A DNA stretch of 63,776 bases, counting the filler, from Myxococcota bacterium (GTDB lineage: Bacteria > Myxococcota > Myxococcia > Myxococcales > Myxococcaceae): the NCBI GenBank assembly GCA_049322255.1. It is 5 parts of 5 records of this genome, joined end to end, with 100 filler letters (N's around TTAATTAATTAA, not from the genome) between each part and the next. Parts side by side here need not be neighbours in the genome. Positions count along the whole stretch, not along the records: positions 28,794 to 57,085 come from JBMORE010000046.1; positions 57,186 to 59,650 come from JBMORE010000070.1; positions 59,751 to 61,958 come from JBMORE010000077.1; positions 62,059 to 63,776 come from JBMORE010000101.1; 1 more part is not named here. The stretch is one strand, 5' to 3'. Position 1 is the stretch's first letter. Each line of letters opens with the position of its first letter. The notes beneath the pieces were generated by a model. The model did no database searches, was not told the DNA's origin, and worked only from the letters and a program-made list of their open reading frames with translations. Shown here one piece after another: positions 52,782 to 62,182 of this stretch. Both the position numbers and the translations under genes were made by a program.

Positions 52782-53812
52782 GCCCCAAGCTTCGACTCCT
52801 CTTCTGCGCGTTTCTCGCCGCCAGCTGCAGCACGGGCTCCCGCACCGGCAAAACCACCACCTTCGCCGACATCCTCAACTCGGTGCAGCCCAAGAGCAAG
52901 CTGCGCGACAAGCAGGAGAAGTGCCGCGAGCTCGAGCGCAAGCCCATCTCCTTCGAAGAAGAAAAGGCTTTCGGAGGCGCGGTGGCGGTCCAGTTGGTGC
53001 GGCGTGGCGGTGGCTTGCGCATCGATCGGCCCGCGCTGACCCCCGATGAGCTCTCCGGCAAGACGGAAACGCTGCACCTTCCCTCCTCTGAGGACAATGA
53101 GCTTGGCCGCCTCATCAACCGAGTGGGCATGAACCTCGCCATGCGCTCCACCCGCCCCGAAATTCCCTGGACCTTCGCGGTGCTCAAATCCGAAGTGGTC
53201 AACGCCGTCTCCGCTCCTGGCGGGTACGTCTTCGTCACCACCGGGCTCTTGCGCAAGCTGACCAACGAGGCGCAGCTCGCAGGCGTGCTCGCCCACGAAA
53301 TCATTCACGTCACCGAGCGCCACGCGCTCTACGTCTATTCGCACATCAAATCGGAGCAGTGCCAACTGCCCGTCAAGCTGCAGGCGGCAGCGGTAGTGGT
53401 GGGCGGCGCGGTGGGTGCGCCTGACTTGCTCACTCTGGTGTTCGCCCAAGCGCTCGACGACCCCAAGAACGTGGAGGCGCTGCGCGCGCTCACCGACGGC
53501 TACGTGGACACGTTCCTCGCCAGCGGCTACGGCCCCAACCAGGAGTTCGAGGCCGACTGGCGTGCCCTCGAGCTGGTCATCGCCGCCGGCTACGCCCCTG
53601 CTCCCTACATCGACTTCGTGGGCACTCTCTCCAAGGGAGGAGGCGCCTTCGACCACCATCCGGACACCAAAGAGCGCCAGGCCCGCCTGCGCCGCTGGCT
53701 GGACATTCAGAAGCCATCGGGGAGCAGCTTCGCCAACGTCGATTGGCCCTACGACTCCTACCCAAAGGTGCCGTTCGACAGGCCGCTGGTGGCGGGGAAG
53801 GCCACGAAGTAG
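52778..53812 (+). CDS. M48-family metalloprotease lipoprotein
   Basis: Lipobox LAASC; VNAVSAPGG, LAGVLAHEIIH, QEFEAD, HHP...R; ATGA overlap with the SH3 gene. Confidence 0.9.
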   Translation: MSPKLRLLFCAFLAASCSTGSRTGKTTTFADILNSVQPKSKLRDKQEKCRELERKPISFEEEKAFGGAVAVQLVRRGGGLRIDRPALTPDELSGKTETLHLPSSEDNELGRLINRVGMNLAMRSTRPEIPWTFAVLKSEVVNAVSAPGGYVFVTTGLLRKLTNEAQLAGVLAHEIIHVTERHALYVYSHIKSEQCQLPVKLQAAAVVVGGAVGAPDLLTLVFAQALDDPKNVEALRALTDGYVDTFLASGYGPNQEFEADWRALELVIAAGYAPAPYIDFVGTLSKGGGAFDHHPDTKERQARLRRWLDIQKPSGSSFANVDWPYDSYPKVPFDRPLVAGKATK

Positions 53813-53826
53813 CTGGCGGCGAAACG

Positions 53827-54990
53827 CTACCGCCCGCTGCCGCCGGTGCCTTGCTCCGCCGCTCCGGTCGGTCTGCCGGCCTTGCGCAACTCGTCGCCGT
53901 TGCGCATCAGGTACCGCACCATTCCGCGCAAGACGCGATTGCGACGCAAGTCACCCAGCACGAGCTTCAAGTCTTCGTACACCGTGGGATCGTTGATGAT
54001 TGCCCCCAGCGAGCCCTCGCCCTCGCGCACCTTCGCGGTCACCGCGCGCAGGTTGTCGGCGGCCTGGGAGAGATCTGCCATGAACTGGGCGGTGTCGCCG
54101 AATGCCATCTGGTGCAGCGCGCTGTCCGGGCTTTGGCGTGCCCTTTCGAGGAAGGTGGCGATCTCCTTGGCCGCCTCCCCCACCCGCTCGAGCGAGGTGA
54201 GCGCCTCCCGCTCGTAGAGGAGCGCGTGCGCCGTGCCCTCGCCGGTGCGCACTCGAGCGAGCAGCTCCTCGGTCTCGGCCAGTGCGCGGTCGAGGCGCGC
54301 GGCGCTCTGGGCTGCTGAGTCGATGAGCGCATGCAGCGTTCCCTCGAAGCGCACGTCATAGATGAGCGTGTGCAGCGCTCCCTCACCTTTCTCCACCTGC
54401 TCCATCACCGATCGCAGACTGCTCACCGCCGCCAGTACGTCGGCCTGCAGCTGGGGAGAGGCGTACGACTCCACCGCTTCCCGCACCCGCTGGGTGATCG
54501 CCACCGAATTGGAAAGAATCTCGCCCGACTGTTTGAGCAGGGCCGAGAGATCCTCGCTCGGGCCGCTCTCGATGAAGCCACCGGGGCCGACCGGCGGCGC
54601 CTCTTTCGAGCCGATCGACACGTCGATCGCCTTGTCCCCCAAGAGCCCGCGTCCCAAAATGCGCGCCACCGAGTCTCGGCGAACCCACTCCTCGTACCGC
54701 GCGAGCACTTCGAGCTCGACCACCAGCTGCTTCCCTTGGGGCGACGGCGCGATTCCGATGGCGCGCACCCTCCCCACCTCCAACCCGCTCAGCCACACCG
54801 GCGAGTCGGCCGACAACCCTTCGACGTTGGCGAAGGCGGTGCGGTAGGTCTGCGAACGGCGAAACAGGTGCCGCTCGCTCCCGATGAGAAAGACGAAGAC
54901 TCCCGAGAGCGCCAAGCCCACGGCCACCAAGAGGCCTGCCCGCAACAGGCTCTTGCGTTCCTTTTGCGCCGGCGACTGACCGTCCGTCAC
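53827..54990 (-). CDS. mlaD: MCE/MlaD family protein
   Basis: N-terminal TM helix, VEGLS..SPVWLSGLEVGRV, GLLGDK, GEGSLGAII.DP. Confidence 0.88.
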   Translation of the reverse strand: MTDGQSPAQKERKSLLRAGLLVAVGLALSGVFVFLIGSERHLFRRSQTYRTAFANVEGLSADSPVWLSGLEVGRVRAIGIAPSPQGKQLVVELEVLARYEEWVRRDSVARILGRGLLGDKAIDVSIGSKEAPPVGPGGFIESGPSEDLSALLKQSGEILSNSVAITQRVREAVESYASPQLQADVLAAVSSLRSVMEQVEKGEGALHTLIYDVRFEGTLHALIDSAAQSAARLDRALAETEELLARVRTGEGTAHALLYEREALTSLERVGEAAKEIATFLERARQSPDSALHQMAFGDTAQFMADLSQAADNLRAVTAKVREGEGSLGAIINDPTVYEDLKLVLGDLRRNRVLRGMVRYLMRNGDELRKAGRPTGAAEQGTGGSGR

Positions 54991-55757
54991 TGTCCGCTCA
55001 CCTCCTCCAGCGCCCGCGCGTCGAGAAACTCGCGCACCATCGACAGCCTGGAGCCCTTCAGCTCATCGGGCGCGCCCACCTCGACGATGCGTCGGTCGGC
55101 GAGCATCGCGATGCGGTCGGACACCGCGAACGCGCTCGTCATGTCGTGGGTGACCACGATCGACGTCACCTCGAGCTTTTTTTGCATCGAGACGATGAGG
55201 GTGTTGATCGTCCTTCGGCTGATCGGATCGAGGCCGGTGGTGGGCTCGTCCCACAGAATCACCTCCGGCTCGGTGGCGATCGCCCGCGCCAGCCCCACGC
55301 GTTTGCGCATGCCTCCCGAGAGCGAGGAGGGAAGCAGGTGCCCGGCCCCGCTGAGGCTGACCAGCGCCAGCTTGGAGCGCGAGCGAGCGCGAATCTCCTC
55401 CTCGGCCATGCGCGGGAAGCGAACCCGCAGCGGATAGGCCACGTTGTCCAGCACGGTCATCGAGTCGAAGAGCGCCGCCCCCTGGAAGACCATCGCCACC
55501 TTGCGCCGTACCTCGCGCAGCTCGCGCTCGGCCATGCGCGTGACGTCTGCGCCTTCGAAGTACACGCGGCCCGCGTCGGGGCGCTCCAGGCCAATGAGCG
55601 TCTTGAGCAACACGCTCTTGCCCGCCCCCGACCCGCCGATCACCGTAAGCGTCTCGCCCCGGCGCACCGAGAGGTTCAGCCCGGAGAAAACGCGGTTCTC
55701 CCCGAAGGACTTGTACAGATCCACGAAGCGAATGAGCTCGGGAGAGTCGGCGCTCAT
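54987..55757 (-). CDS. mlaF: Mla/Mkl-type ABC ATPase
   Basis: GGSGAGKS, VFQGAALFDS, LSGGMRKR, DEPTTGLDP, VTHD. Confidence 0.9.
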   Translation of the reverse strand: MSADSPELIRFVDLYKSFGENRVFSGLNLSVRRGETLTVIGGSGAGKSVLLKTLIGLERPDAGRVYFEGADVTRMAERELREVRRKVAMVFQGAALFDSMTVLDNVAYPLRVRFPRMAEEEIRARSRSKLALVSLSGAGHLLPSSLSGGMRKRVGLARAIATEPEVILWDEPTTGLDPISRRTINTLIVSMQKKLEVTSIVVTHDMTSAFAVSDRIAMLADRRIVEVGAPDELKGSRLSMVREFLDARALEEVSGQ

Positions 55758-56560
55758 AGGAAGAGGAAGAGCTTGGTGAGGAAATAGTCGGCCAAGAGAA
55801 CGGTGACCGCCGCGGCGGACACGGTGGCCGTGGTGGCGCGGCCCACCCCCTCGGTACCGCCCTTGACCTGAAAGCCGTTGAAGCAGCCGATCACCGCGAC
55901 GATCAGCCCGAAGAAGAAGCTCTTTCCCAACCCCGAAAAGAAATCGTCGAAGGTGGCCGAGTCGAGCGCCGTGGAAAAAAACGCGCGGAACGCGATGCCG
56001 TATTCGAAGTGGACCACCACCGCGCCCGCCACCAGGGCCAGACCGTCGGCGATCACCGTGAGCGAAGGCAACACCACGGCGCAAGCCAACAGACGGGGAG
56101 TCACCAGGCGCTTCACCGGGTCGTCTCCCAGCGCGCGCATGGCGTCAATCTGCTCGGTCACTTTCATCGAGCCCAGCTCGGCGGTGATGCCGGAGGCAAT
56201 GCGCGCCCCCACGCCGAGCGCGGTGAGCGTGGGCCCCAGCTCGCGCAACACCGCCACCATCACCACCCGCCCGACCGTGTACTCCACGCCCAGGCGCGCG
56301 AGAAAGACGGCGAACTGCAAGGTGAGCACCAGGCCGGCGAAGAGAGCCACCAAGCCGGCGATGGAGAGCGAGCGGTTGCCGAGCATCACCACCTGGTAGG
56401 CGGTCTCGCCCCACCGAAAGGGTGGCGTCACCGCGCGCACCAGCGCGTTGCCCAAAAGAAGCACCATGCCGCCCAGCCTCTCCACCCGCGCGCGCAAGCG
56501 ACCGAACGAGGGAACGGTGACGGGGTGCCAGGGCGGCGTCGACTCGGCCCGCGCTCTCAC
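55754..56560 (-). CDS. mlaE: MlaE-family ABC permease
   Basis: LRELGP, AELGSMKVTEQIDAM, GGTEGVGRATT. Confidence 0.92.
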   Translation of the reverse strand: MRARAESTPPWHPVTVPSFGRLRARVERLGGMVLLLGNALVRAVTPPFRWGETAYQVVMLGNRSLSIAGLVALFAGLVLTLQFAVFLARLGVEYTVGRVVMVAVLRELGPTLTALGVGARIASGITAELGSMKVTEQIDAMRALGDDPVKRLVTPRLLACAVVLPSLTVIADGLALVAGAVVVHFEYGIAFRAFFSTALDSATFDDFFSGLGKSFFFGLIVAVIGCFNGFQVKGGTEGVGRATTATVSAAAVTVLLADYFLTKLFLFL

Positions 56561-57063
56561 TTCGACACCTCGGTGGTGAAGGTTTGAAGCAGCTGGTCAA
56601 AGGCGGCTTGGTGCTCAGCGAGACGGCCGACCGGCGCGAGGTAGGTGAAGTCGTAGACGCACAGGTCCTTCTTCATCACCCACAGGACCATCTCCACCGG
56701 CACCCCGTCGAGCTCGGCGCGGTAGTGCGAGCGCAGCGCCGCGCGACCATCGAGGCGCCGCTCTTCCCGCGAAACCTCGACACGATCGGTGAAGCCGATG
56801 AGGAGGTGGCGGGTGAGCACCTCCAAGGGAGGATCGCCGTGCTCCTCACAGGTGGCGTTCACCCCGATGAGAAACAGCCCCGCCGGGTCGACGAAGGCCA
56901 CGTCGTTGTCGCGCAAGCCCACCTGCCGCCAGCTGGCCGGAGGCTCGCCCACCCGGTATGCGACGTCATCGCCCCGGTACACGCCCGCGCGCAGCCCGCC
57001 GTTGCACGCCACCAGCGCTACCAGCACCGGCCAGCTCCACGACGATGTGCGCCCCTCGTTCAA
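56557..57063 (-). CDS. Hypothetical lipoprotein, first gene of the mla operon
   Basis: Lipobox LVAC; stop overlaps the mlaE start; KKDLCVYDF. Confidence 0.7.
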   Translation of the reverse strand: MNEGRTSSWSWPVLVALVACNGGLRAGVYRGDDVAYRVGEPPASWRQVGLRDNDVAFVDPAGLFLIGVNATCEEHGDPPLEVLTRHLLIGFTDRVEVSREERRLDGRAALRSHYRAELDGVPVEMVLWVMKKDLCVYDFTYLAPVGRLAEHQAAFDQLLQTFTTEVSK

Positions 57064-57085
57064 GCGCTCCCAAACTGTGAATGGT

Positions 57086-57185
57086 NNNNNNNNNNNNNNN
57101 NNNNNNNNNNNNNNNNNNNNNNNNNNNNNTTAATTAATTAANNNNNNNNNNNNNNNNNNNNNNNNNNNNNNNNNNNNNNNNNNNN
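57086..57185. other. Artificial contig linker
   Basis: N-run with TTAATTAATTAA. Confidence 0.97.
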
Positions 57186-57227
57186 CTGAAAATCCTCGTG
57201 TCGGTGGTTCGATTCCGCCCCTGGGCA
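57186..57227 (+). tRNA. tRNA-Phe(GAA), 3' part only (contig start), no encoded CCA
   Basis: CTGAAAA anticodon loop, TCCTC, T-arm GGTGG-TTCGATT-CCGCC, acceptor strand CCTGGGC + A. Confidence 0.85.
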
Positions 57228-57314
57228 CTCATTCGGCGAGTCAGGTGGGCGACAGCAAGCCATTTGTTTGTCGAAACTGTCTGCCTGCCGGCGTCAGTAT
57301 GCTGCGCTACTTCC

Positions 57315-59297
57315 GTGAGCCGGTCGGCGCCAGAGTCGCTTCAAAAGCTGGTGGCGGACAGCCGCCGTCACTTCCCCAACCCGCTGGCGGAGCTCATCTA
57401 CTACCGCACCTATTCCCGCTGGAGAGAGGAGCTCGGCCGCCGCGAAACATGGACGGAAACGGTCGCGCGCTATTTGGCGTTCATGCGCGAGCATCTGGGA
57501 ACGCGGCTCGATGACGCCGAGTACGCCCTCCTGCAGCAGGCGATTTTGTCCCTCGAGGTGATGCCCTCGATGAGGCTGCTCTGGTCAGCCGGCCCCGGCG
57601 CACACGCCACCCACGTCTCTGCCTACAACTGCGCTTACCTCGCGCCCACCGGGGTGCGCGACTTGGCCGAGGTGATGTACCTGCTCATGTGCGGCGCGGG
57701 GGTGGGCTTCTCCGTCGAGAACAGGTTCGTGCAGCAGTTCCCGGTCGTCGTCCCGCAAACCGGCCGCCGTCGCCCGCCGCACGTCGTCGAGGACAGCAAA
57801 GAGGGCTGGGCCAATGCGCTCTTGGCCGGGCTCGACAGCTGGTTCTCCGGCGAGGACCTCGACTTCGACCTCTCGAAGGTGCGCCCCGCGGGAGCCCGTC
57901 TGCGCACGATGGGCGGCCGCGCCTCCGGCCCCGAGCCGTTGCGCGGACTGTTCGCGCTCTGCCGCGGCAAAATTCTCGCCGCCCAGGGCCGGCGGCTGCG
58001 CAGCGTCGAGCTGCACGACATCCTCTGCAAGATTGGCGAGGTGGTGGTGGTGGGTGGCGTGCGACGTTCGGCGCTCATCTCTTTGTCCGACCTGGACGAC
58101 CAGGAATTGCGCGACGCGAAGACGGGGCGCTTTTTCCTCGAGCACCCCGAGCGGGCCATGGCCAACAACTCGGCGGTGTACGAGGAGCGGCCCTCCGCCA
58201 CGCGCTTCATGGCCGAGTGGCTGGCGCTGGCCGAAAGCGGAACCGGCGAGCGCGGCATCTTCAACCGCGGCTCGTTGAACCGCCAGCTTCCCGAGCGGCG
58301 CCAGGCAGGTTTCGCCGGGCACTGGAAGTCGGCGGGCACCAACCCGTGCGGCGAAATCATTCTGCGCTCGAAGCAGTTCTGCAACCTGACCGAAGTGGTG
58401 GCGCGCCCCAACGACAACGCCGCCACGCTCACCCATAAGATTCGCCTGGCGGCGCTCCTGGGCACCTACCAGTCGATGCTCACCCGCTTTCCCTACCTCT
58501 GCAGCGATTGGCGGCAAAACTGCGAAGAGGAGCGGCTCTTGGGGGTGTCCATCACCGGCCAGTGGGACTGTTCCGCCTTGCGCCACCCCGAGACGCTGCG
58601 CGCGCTGCGTGAAGCGGCGGTCGATGCGAATCGTCAGGCGGCGGCCCGTTTTGGCATCGAGCCGGCGAAGGCAGTGACTTGCGTCAAGCCCTCGGGCACG
58701 GTGTCGCTCTTGGTCGACTCGGCGTCGGGGATGCACCCGCGCCATGCGGAGTACTACCTGCGGCGCATCCGCATCTCCGCGGTGGACCCGCTGCTTCGGC
58801 TGCTCCAGGACCAGCGCTTCCCCTGCCTGCCCGAGGCGGGTCAGGTCGAGGGCCAAGCCACCACCTACGTGCTCGAGTTCCCGGTGCGTGCGCCCCCCGG
58901 CGCGGTGGTTCGCTCCCGTCTGTCCGCGCTGGAGCAGCTGGAGTATTGGAAGAGGGTGAAGGAGCACTACACCGAGCACAACCCGTCGGTGACGGTCTCG
59001 GTGGGCGCGGACGAATGGATTGCCACCGCCGACTGGGTGTTTCGCCACTGGGAGATGGTGGGCGGGTTGTCCTTCTTGCCGCGGACCGACACCGTCTATC
59101 AGCTCTCTCCGCTCGAGGAGATTTCCCGCGCAGAGTACGAGCGGCGGGTGCGCTCGCTCCCCCAGGTCGACTACGCGCAGCTCGTCCGCCACGAAAACGA
59201 CGACTACACGGTGGGCGCCGGCGCACTGGCGTGCCTGGGCGGGCAGTGCGAGGTGGACCCGGAGGAGGGCAGCTTTCCGTTTGCGAATAGGAGTTAA
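57315..59297 (+). CDS. nrdJ: Class II (B12-dependent) ribonucleotide reductase, no ATP cone
   Basis: RTYSR..RRETW, MPSMR, YNC, GGVRRSA, GTNPCGE, CVKPSGT, C-terminal CLGGQC; start uncertain. Confidence 0.92.
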   Translation: MSRSAPESLQKLVADSRRHFPNPLAELIYYRTYSRWREELGRRETWTETVARYLAFMREHLGTRLDDAEYALLQQAILSLEVMPSMRLLWSAGPGAHATHVSAYNCAYLAPTGVRDLAEVMYLLMCGAGVGFSVENRFVQQFPVVVPQTGRRRPPHVVEDSKEGWANALLAGLDSWFSGEDLDFDLSKVRPAGARLRTMGGRASGPEPLRGLFALCRGKILAAQGRRLRSVELHDILCKIGEVVVVGGVRRSALISLSDLDDQELRDAKTGRFFLEHPERAMANNSAVYEERPSATRFMAEWLALAESGTGERGIFNRGSLNRQLPERRQAGFAGHWKSAGTNPCGEIILRSKQFCNLTEVVARPNDNAATLTHKIRLAALLGTYQSMLTRFPYLCSDWRQNCEEERLLGVSITGQWDCSALRHPETLRALREAAVDANRQAAARFGIEPAKAVTCVKPSGTVSLLVDSASGMHPRHAEYYLRRIRISAVDPLLRLLQDQRFPCLPEAGQVEGQATTYVLEFPVRAPPGAVVRSRLSALEQLEYWKRVKEHYTEHNPSVTVSVGADEWIATADWVFRHWEMVGGLSFLPRTDTVYQLSPLEEISRAEYERRVRSLPQVDYAQLVRHENDDYTVGAGALACLGGQCEVDPEEGSFPFANRS

Positions 59298-59650
59298 ACC
59301 AGCTGCTCGCCGCGCTCTTTGGCCCGCAGCTCGACGAGCGCCCGCAGCGCATCGATGGTGGTGAGAATTCCGACGACCCGCTCCTTGTCCACCACGACGG
59401 CGCAGCCGTACTTGCGTTTGGCCATCACCGCCGCCGCCTCGTCGAGCCGGGTGGAGGGAGAAACGACGTACGGGGAGCGAACCATCACTTCGTCGACCGC
59501 GCCCCCTCGAGGCGCAGGTGGGCCGCCGTATTTGGAAGCGTAGAGGTCGCGGTCGGAGACGACGCCCAAAAGGTGCTCCGTCGGGTCGACCACGGGAAGG
59601 TGCCGAATGCCGTGGCGCTGCATCAGCTCGAGCGCTTGGGAAGCAGACTG
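59294..59650 (-). CDS. CBS-domain pair protein (5' truncated by the gap)
   Basis: IRHLPVVD...GVVSDRDL; VVGILTTIDAL. Confidence 0.85.
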   Translation of the reverse strand, partial: QSASQALELMQRHGIRHLPVVDPTEHLLGVVSDRDLYASKYGGPPAPRGGAVDEVMVRSPYVVSPSTRLDEAAAVMAKRKYGCAVVVDKERVVGILTTIDALRALVELRAKERGEQLV

Positions 59651-59750
59651 NNNNNNNNNNNNNNNNNNNNNNNNNNNNNNNNNNNNNNNNNNNNTTAATT
59701 AATTAANNNNNNNNNNNNNNNNNNNNNNNNNNNNNNNNNNNNNNNNNNNN
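59651..59750. other. Artificial contig linker
   Basis: N-run with TTAATTAATTAA. Confidence 0.97.
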
Positions 59751-59873
59751 GGCGAGGAGGCGCTCCTCGACCCCTTCCAAGGCTCGGTGAACGCCGCCCG
59801 CTGGGAGTTGGCGCGGCTGTTTCGCGAGGCGATGGCGCGTGGGTGGCCGGTGCTGGTGAGCGTTCGCCAGTGA
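59751..59873 (+). CDS. 3' fragment of an unidentified gene
   Basis: Open frame from the contig start: GEEALLDPFQGSVNAARWELARLFREAMARGWPVLVSVRQ*. Confidence 0.4.
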   Translation, partial: GEEALLDPFQGSVNAARWELARLFREAMARGWPVLVSVRQ

Positions 59874-59916
59874 ATTCGGGTGTCTCCAGCTCGCCGGGTG
59901 GTGTACGGTCGCCTTG

Positions 59917-60720
59917 GTGCGCCGCGTCATCCTGAGCATTCTGCGTTGTCCCGTGTGCCGCCGCGGAGGCCTCTTGCCCGAGGCCGACACCGCCGAGCTG
60001 GTCTTCGGCCCCGTTCGTTGCCCCGACTGCCAAGCGAGCTTTCCCGTCGCCGAGGGCGTCGCCGATTTGGTGGCCGACCGCGGGCGCGTGGGGGCAGTGC
60101 AGAAAAGCTTCGAGCTGCCCTGGGTGGCGCGCTCCTACGAGCGCTACCTGCGACCGGCCATTCAGCTGGCCATTTCGCGCCGGCGGTTCGATCGGGACAG
60201 CGAGTTTCTGCTGTACCAGGCGCTCTTGGGAAAGCCGGACGGGCCGGTGCTCGATTTGGGCTGCGGCACCGGCCTGTTCGCCCGGCGGCTGGCACGCGAC
60301 GTCGAGCTGCCCGCGGTGGTGGGCATGGACGTCTCCAAGGCGATGCTCGAAGAAGGCGTCGCCCAGGCGCGGGAAGCGGGAGTGATGGTCGACTTCGTGC
60401 GCGCCGAGGCGCCGTACTTGCCGTTCATGGACCACTCCCTGGGCGCGGTGTTGCAGTCTGGCTCCTTGCACCTGGTGGAAGACGCGAGCCGGCTGTTCAT
60501 CGAAGTGGGCCGGGTCTTGCGCCCCAAAGGCCGCTACCTCGTCAGCACCTACCTGCCTCCCGGAGGGCTGGGGAAGGCGCTGCAACACAAGGCTGGGTTG
60601 TTCCCCCGCGGGGAGGATGAGCTGCGCAGCGCGATCGCCGCCGCCGGCCTGGTGCAGTTCGAGCGCATGGTGTTGCCGCCGTTCATTCTGGTGAAGGCGG
60701 AAAAGGCCCAGGCACGTTAG
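59917..60720 (+). CDS. Class I SAM methyltransferase with N-terminal Zn-ribbon (Trm112-like)
   Basis: CPVC...CPDC; VLDLGCGTG, GMDVS, RVLRPKG. Confidence 0.88.
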   Translation: MRRVILSILRCPVCRRGGLLPEADTAELVFGPVRCPDCQASFPVAEGVADLVADRGRVGAVQKSFELPWVARSYERYLRPAIQLAISRRRFDRDSEFLLYQALLGKPDGPVLDLGCGTGLFARRLARDVELPAVVGMDVSKAMLEEGVAQAREAGVMVDFVRAEAPYLPFMDHSLGAVLQSGSLHLVEDASRLFIEVGRVLRPKGRYLVSTYLPPGGLGKALQHKAGLFPRGEDELRSAIAAAGLVQFERMVLPPFILVKAEKAQAR

Positions 60721-60724
60721 GTCG

Positions 60725-61168
60725 TCAGCCAAACACTTCCGCCGGCGCAACCCGGAAGGGGCTGATGACTTGGACGCCGTCGAAATCCGCGCCGTGGGTG
60801 AGATCTTCCGAGAGCAGATACCGGCAGTCGGCGATGCGCGCTGCCGCCACGATGAGCGCGTCCCAGAAGGCCAGACCAAATCGCTCTTCGAGGTGCCAGG
60901 TTTCATCCAGCAGAGCGGGCGCCCAAGGCACCACTTGCCATCGCAACAAATCTCGAATTTCGAGCCGCGCCTGCTCGCGAGGCATCCCCGGAGACAACTT
61001 GCGTGTCACCACCTGATAGAACTCATGCAGCACTTGAGCGCTCAAACACCCCGCACGCGTTTTCCAGAGTGCTTCTCGCCAGGCCTGCGCTTGGGGCTGC
61101 TTTTCTCTCTCTGTCGCGTCGCGGCTATAGACGAGGACGTTACTGTCGACGAAGCACAGGTCGGTCAT
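60725..61168 (-). CDS. PIN/VapC toxin
   Basis: FVDSNVLVY, SAQVLHEF, FWDALIVAAA, LLSEDL. Confidence 0.9.
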   Translation of the reverse strand: MTDLCFVDSNVLVYSRDATEREKQPQAQAWREALWKTRAGCLSAQVLHEFYQVVTRKLSPGMPREQARLEIRDLLRWQVVPWAPALLDETWHLEERFGLAFWDALIVAAARIADCRYLLSEDLTHGADFDGVQVISPFRVAPAEVFG

Positions 61169-61388
61169 AGAGCTCGTCCCGGCTAGGATAACGGTCGCCT
61201 TCTCCCTTCAAAGCCAAGGGCTTCCTTCCCAAGTCGCGCCGCATCGCCGCCTGGTAACCACGCTCCTCCTCCATCCGCTGACGAAGGAGCTTCCCCACCA
61301 GCTTCGACACGCTCGTCCCCTGCTCCGCCGCCCAGACCCGCGCCCACCGAGCCACTTCTTCATCGACCGTAATGGTCAAGTTCTTCAT
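61140..61388 (-). CDS. RHH/CopG-type antitoxin
   Basis: MKNLTITVDEEVARWAR..AAEQGTSVS...SRDELYDR. Confidence 0.85.
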   Translation of the reverse strand: MKNLTITVDEEVARWARVWAAEQGTSVSKLVGKLLRQRMEEERGYQAAMRRDLGRKPLALKGEGDRYPSRDELYDRPVLRRQ

Positions 61389-61424
61389 GAACACAAAGTT
61401 AGTGTTCCACGAATTTTGCGTCAA
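61389..61424 (-). promoter_or_regulatory. Sigma70 promoter with overlapping operator; probably a leaderless transcript
   Basis: TTGACG-N17-TAACTT-N7-ATG; palindrome gaacac-N7-gtgttc at 61389..61407. Confidence 0.65.
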
Positions 61425-61481
61425 TCGGAGCGCTTTCAGCCGAACGGCAGAAGTGGTTTTCTCCGCCGCTGGAGGTGGGCA

Positions 61482-61958
61482 ATGCGCTTGCTTTGGCTTT
61501 CGATGGCGTTGGCCTTCGCGTGGGCCGGTCCAGCGCTGAGCGCTCCCGACCCCTTGGCGGCGGCAAGAAAGGCGATGGCCGAGGGGGAGTTCGAGACGGC
61601 GCTCAAGAGCGTCGATGCCGCCCTGCCTCGTACCAAAGAGCTTTCGGTGCGAGTGCGGCTTCAGCTCCTTCGCGGGCAAGCACTGGCGGCGCTCGACCGA
61701 AAAGACAAAGCCATCGACGCCTTCGCCGCCGCGTTGGCTCTCGACGCCGCGGCCGAGCTCGATTCGGCGACCGCCAGCCCCACTGTGCTCGACTTGTTCG
61801 AGAAGGCCCGTTCCCGCGTGAATGGCACGCTCGCGGTGAGCACCAGCGTGAAGGGAGCGTTGGTGCGCATCGACGACACCGCCCACGGTCCGGCGCCGCT
61901 GACGGTGGAGCTCCCCGTCGGCCGGCATCGGGTCGAGGCCGCCAGCGAGGGGTTTCGT
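61482..61958 (+). CDS. Secreted TPR + PEGA-domain protein (3' truncated by the gap)
   Basis: GGAGG RBS, signal peptide, TPR-like helices, GALVRIDD..G.APL..ELPVGRHRV. Confidence 0.8.
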
Positions 61959-62058
61959 NNNNNNNNNNNNNNNNNNNNNNNNNNNNNNNNNNNNNNNNNN
62001 NNTTAATTAATTAANNNNNNNNNNNNNNNNNNNNNNNNNNNNNNNNNNNNNNNNNNNN
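61959..62058. other. Artificial contig linker
   Basis: N-run with TTAATTAATTAA. Confidence 0.97.
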
Positions 62059-62182
62059 GACATCACCTCGGAGCACCGCACTGCACGGAAACACCAACCG
62101 AAGAGCCGGATGCGGGAAAACCGCACGTCCGGTTCTGTAAGGAGCCTCAGCCGTGCTACTCGCCGGCTGAGGTTTACTTGAT
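62059..62182 (+). mobile_element. 3' end of a group II intron (domains V and VI)
   Basis: DV GAGCCGGATGCGGGAAAACCGCACGTCCGGTTC (62103..62135, AGC triad, AC bulge); DVI stem cctcagccg/cggctgagg; bulged A at 62176, 7th base from the terminal AT. Confidence 0.9.

Noticed and set aside
57082..57085. ACCA on the minus strand at the contig end as a tRNA CCA tail pairing with the tRNA-Phe half
   Set aside because: Only four bases; not distinguishable from chance.
57230..57314. NrdR box or cobalamin riboswitch upstream of nrdJ
   Set aside because: No match to either consensus and too little space; only a weak hairpin is present.
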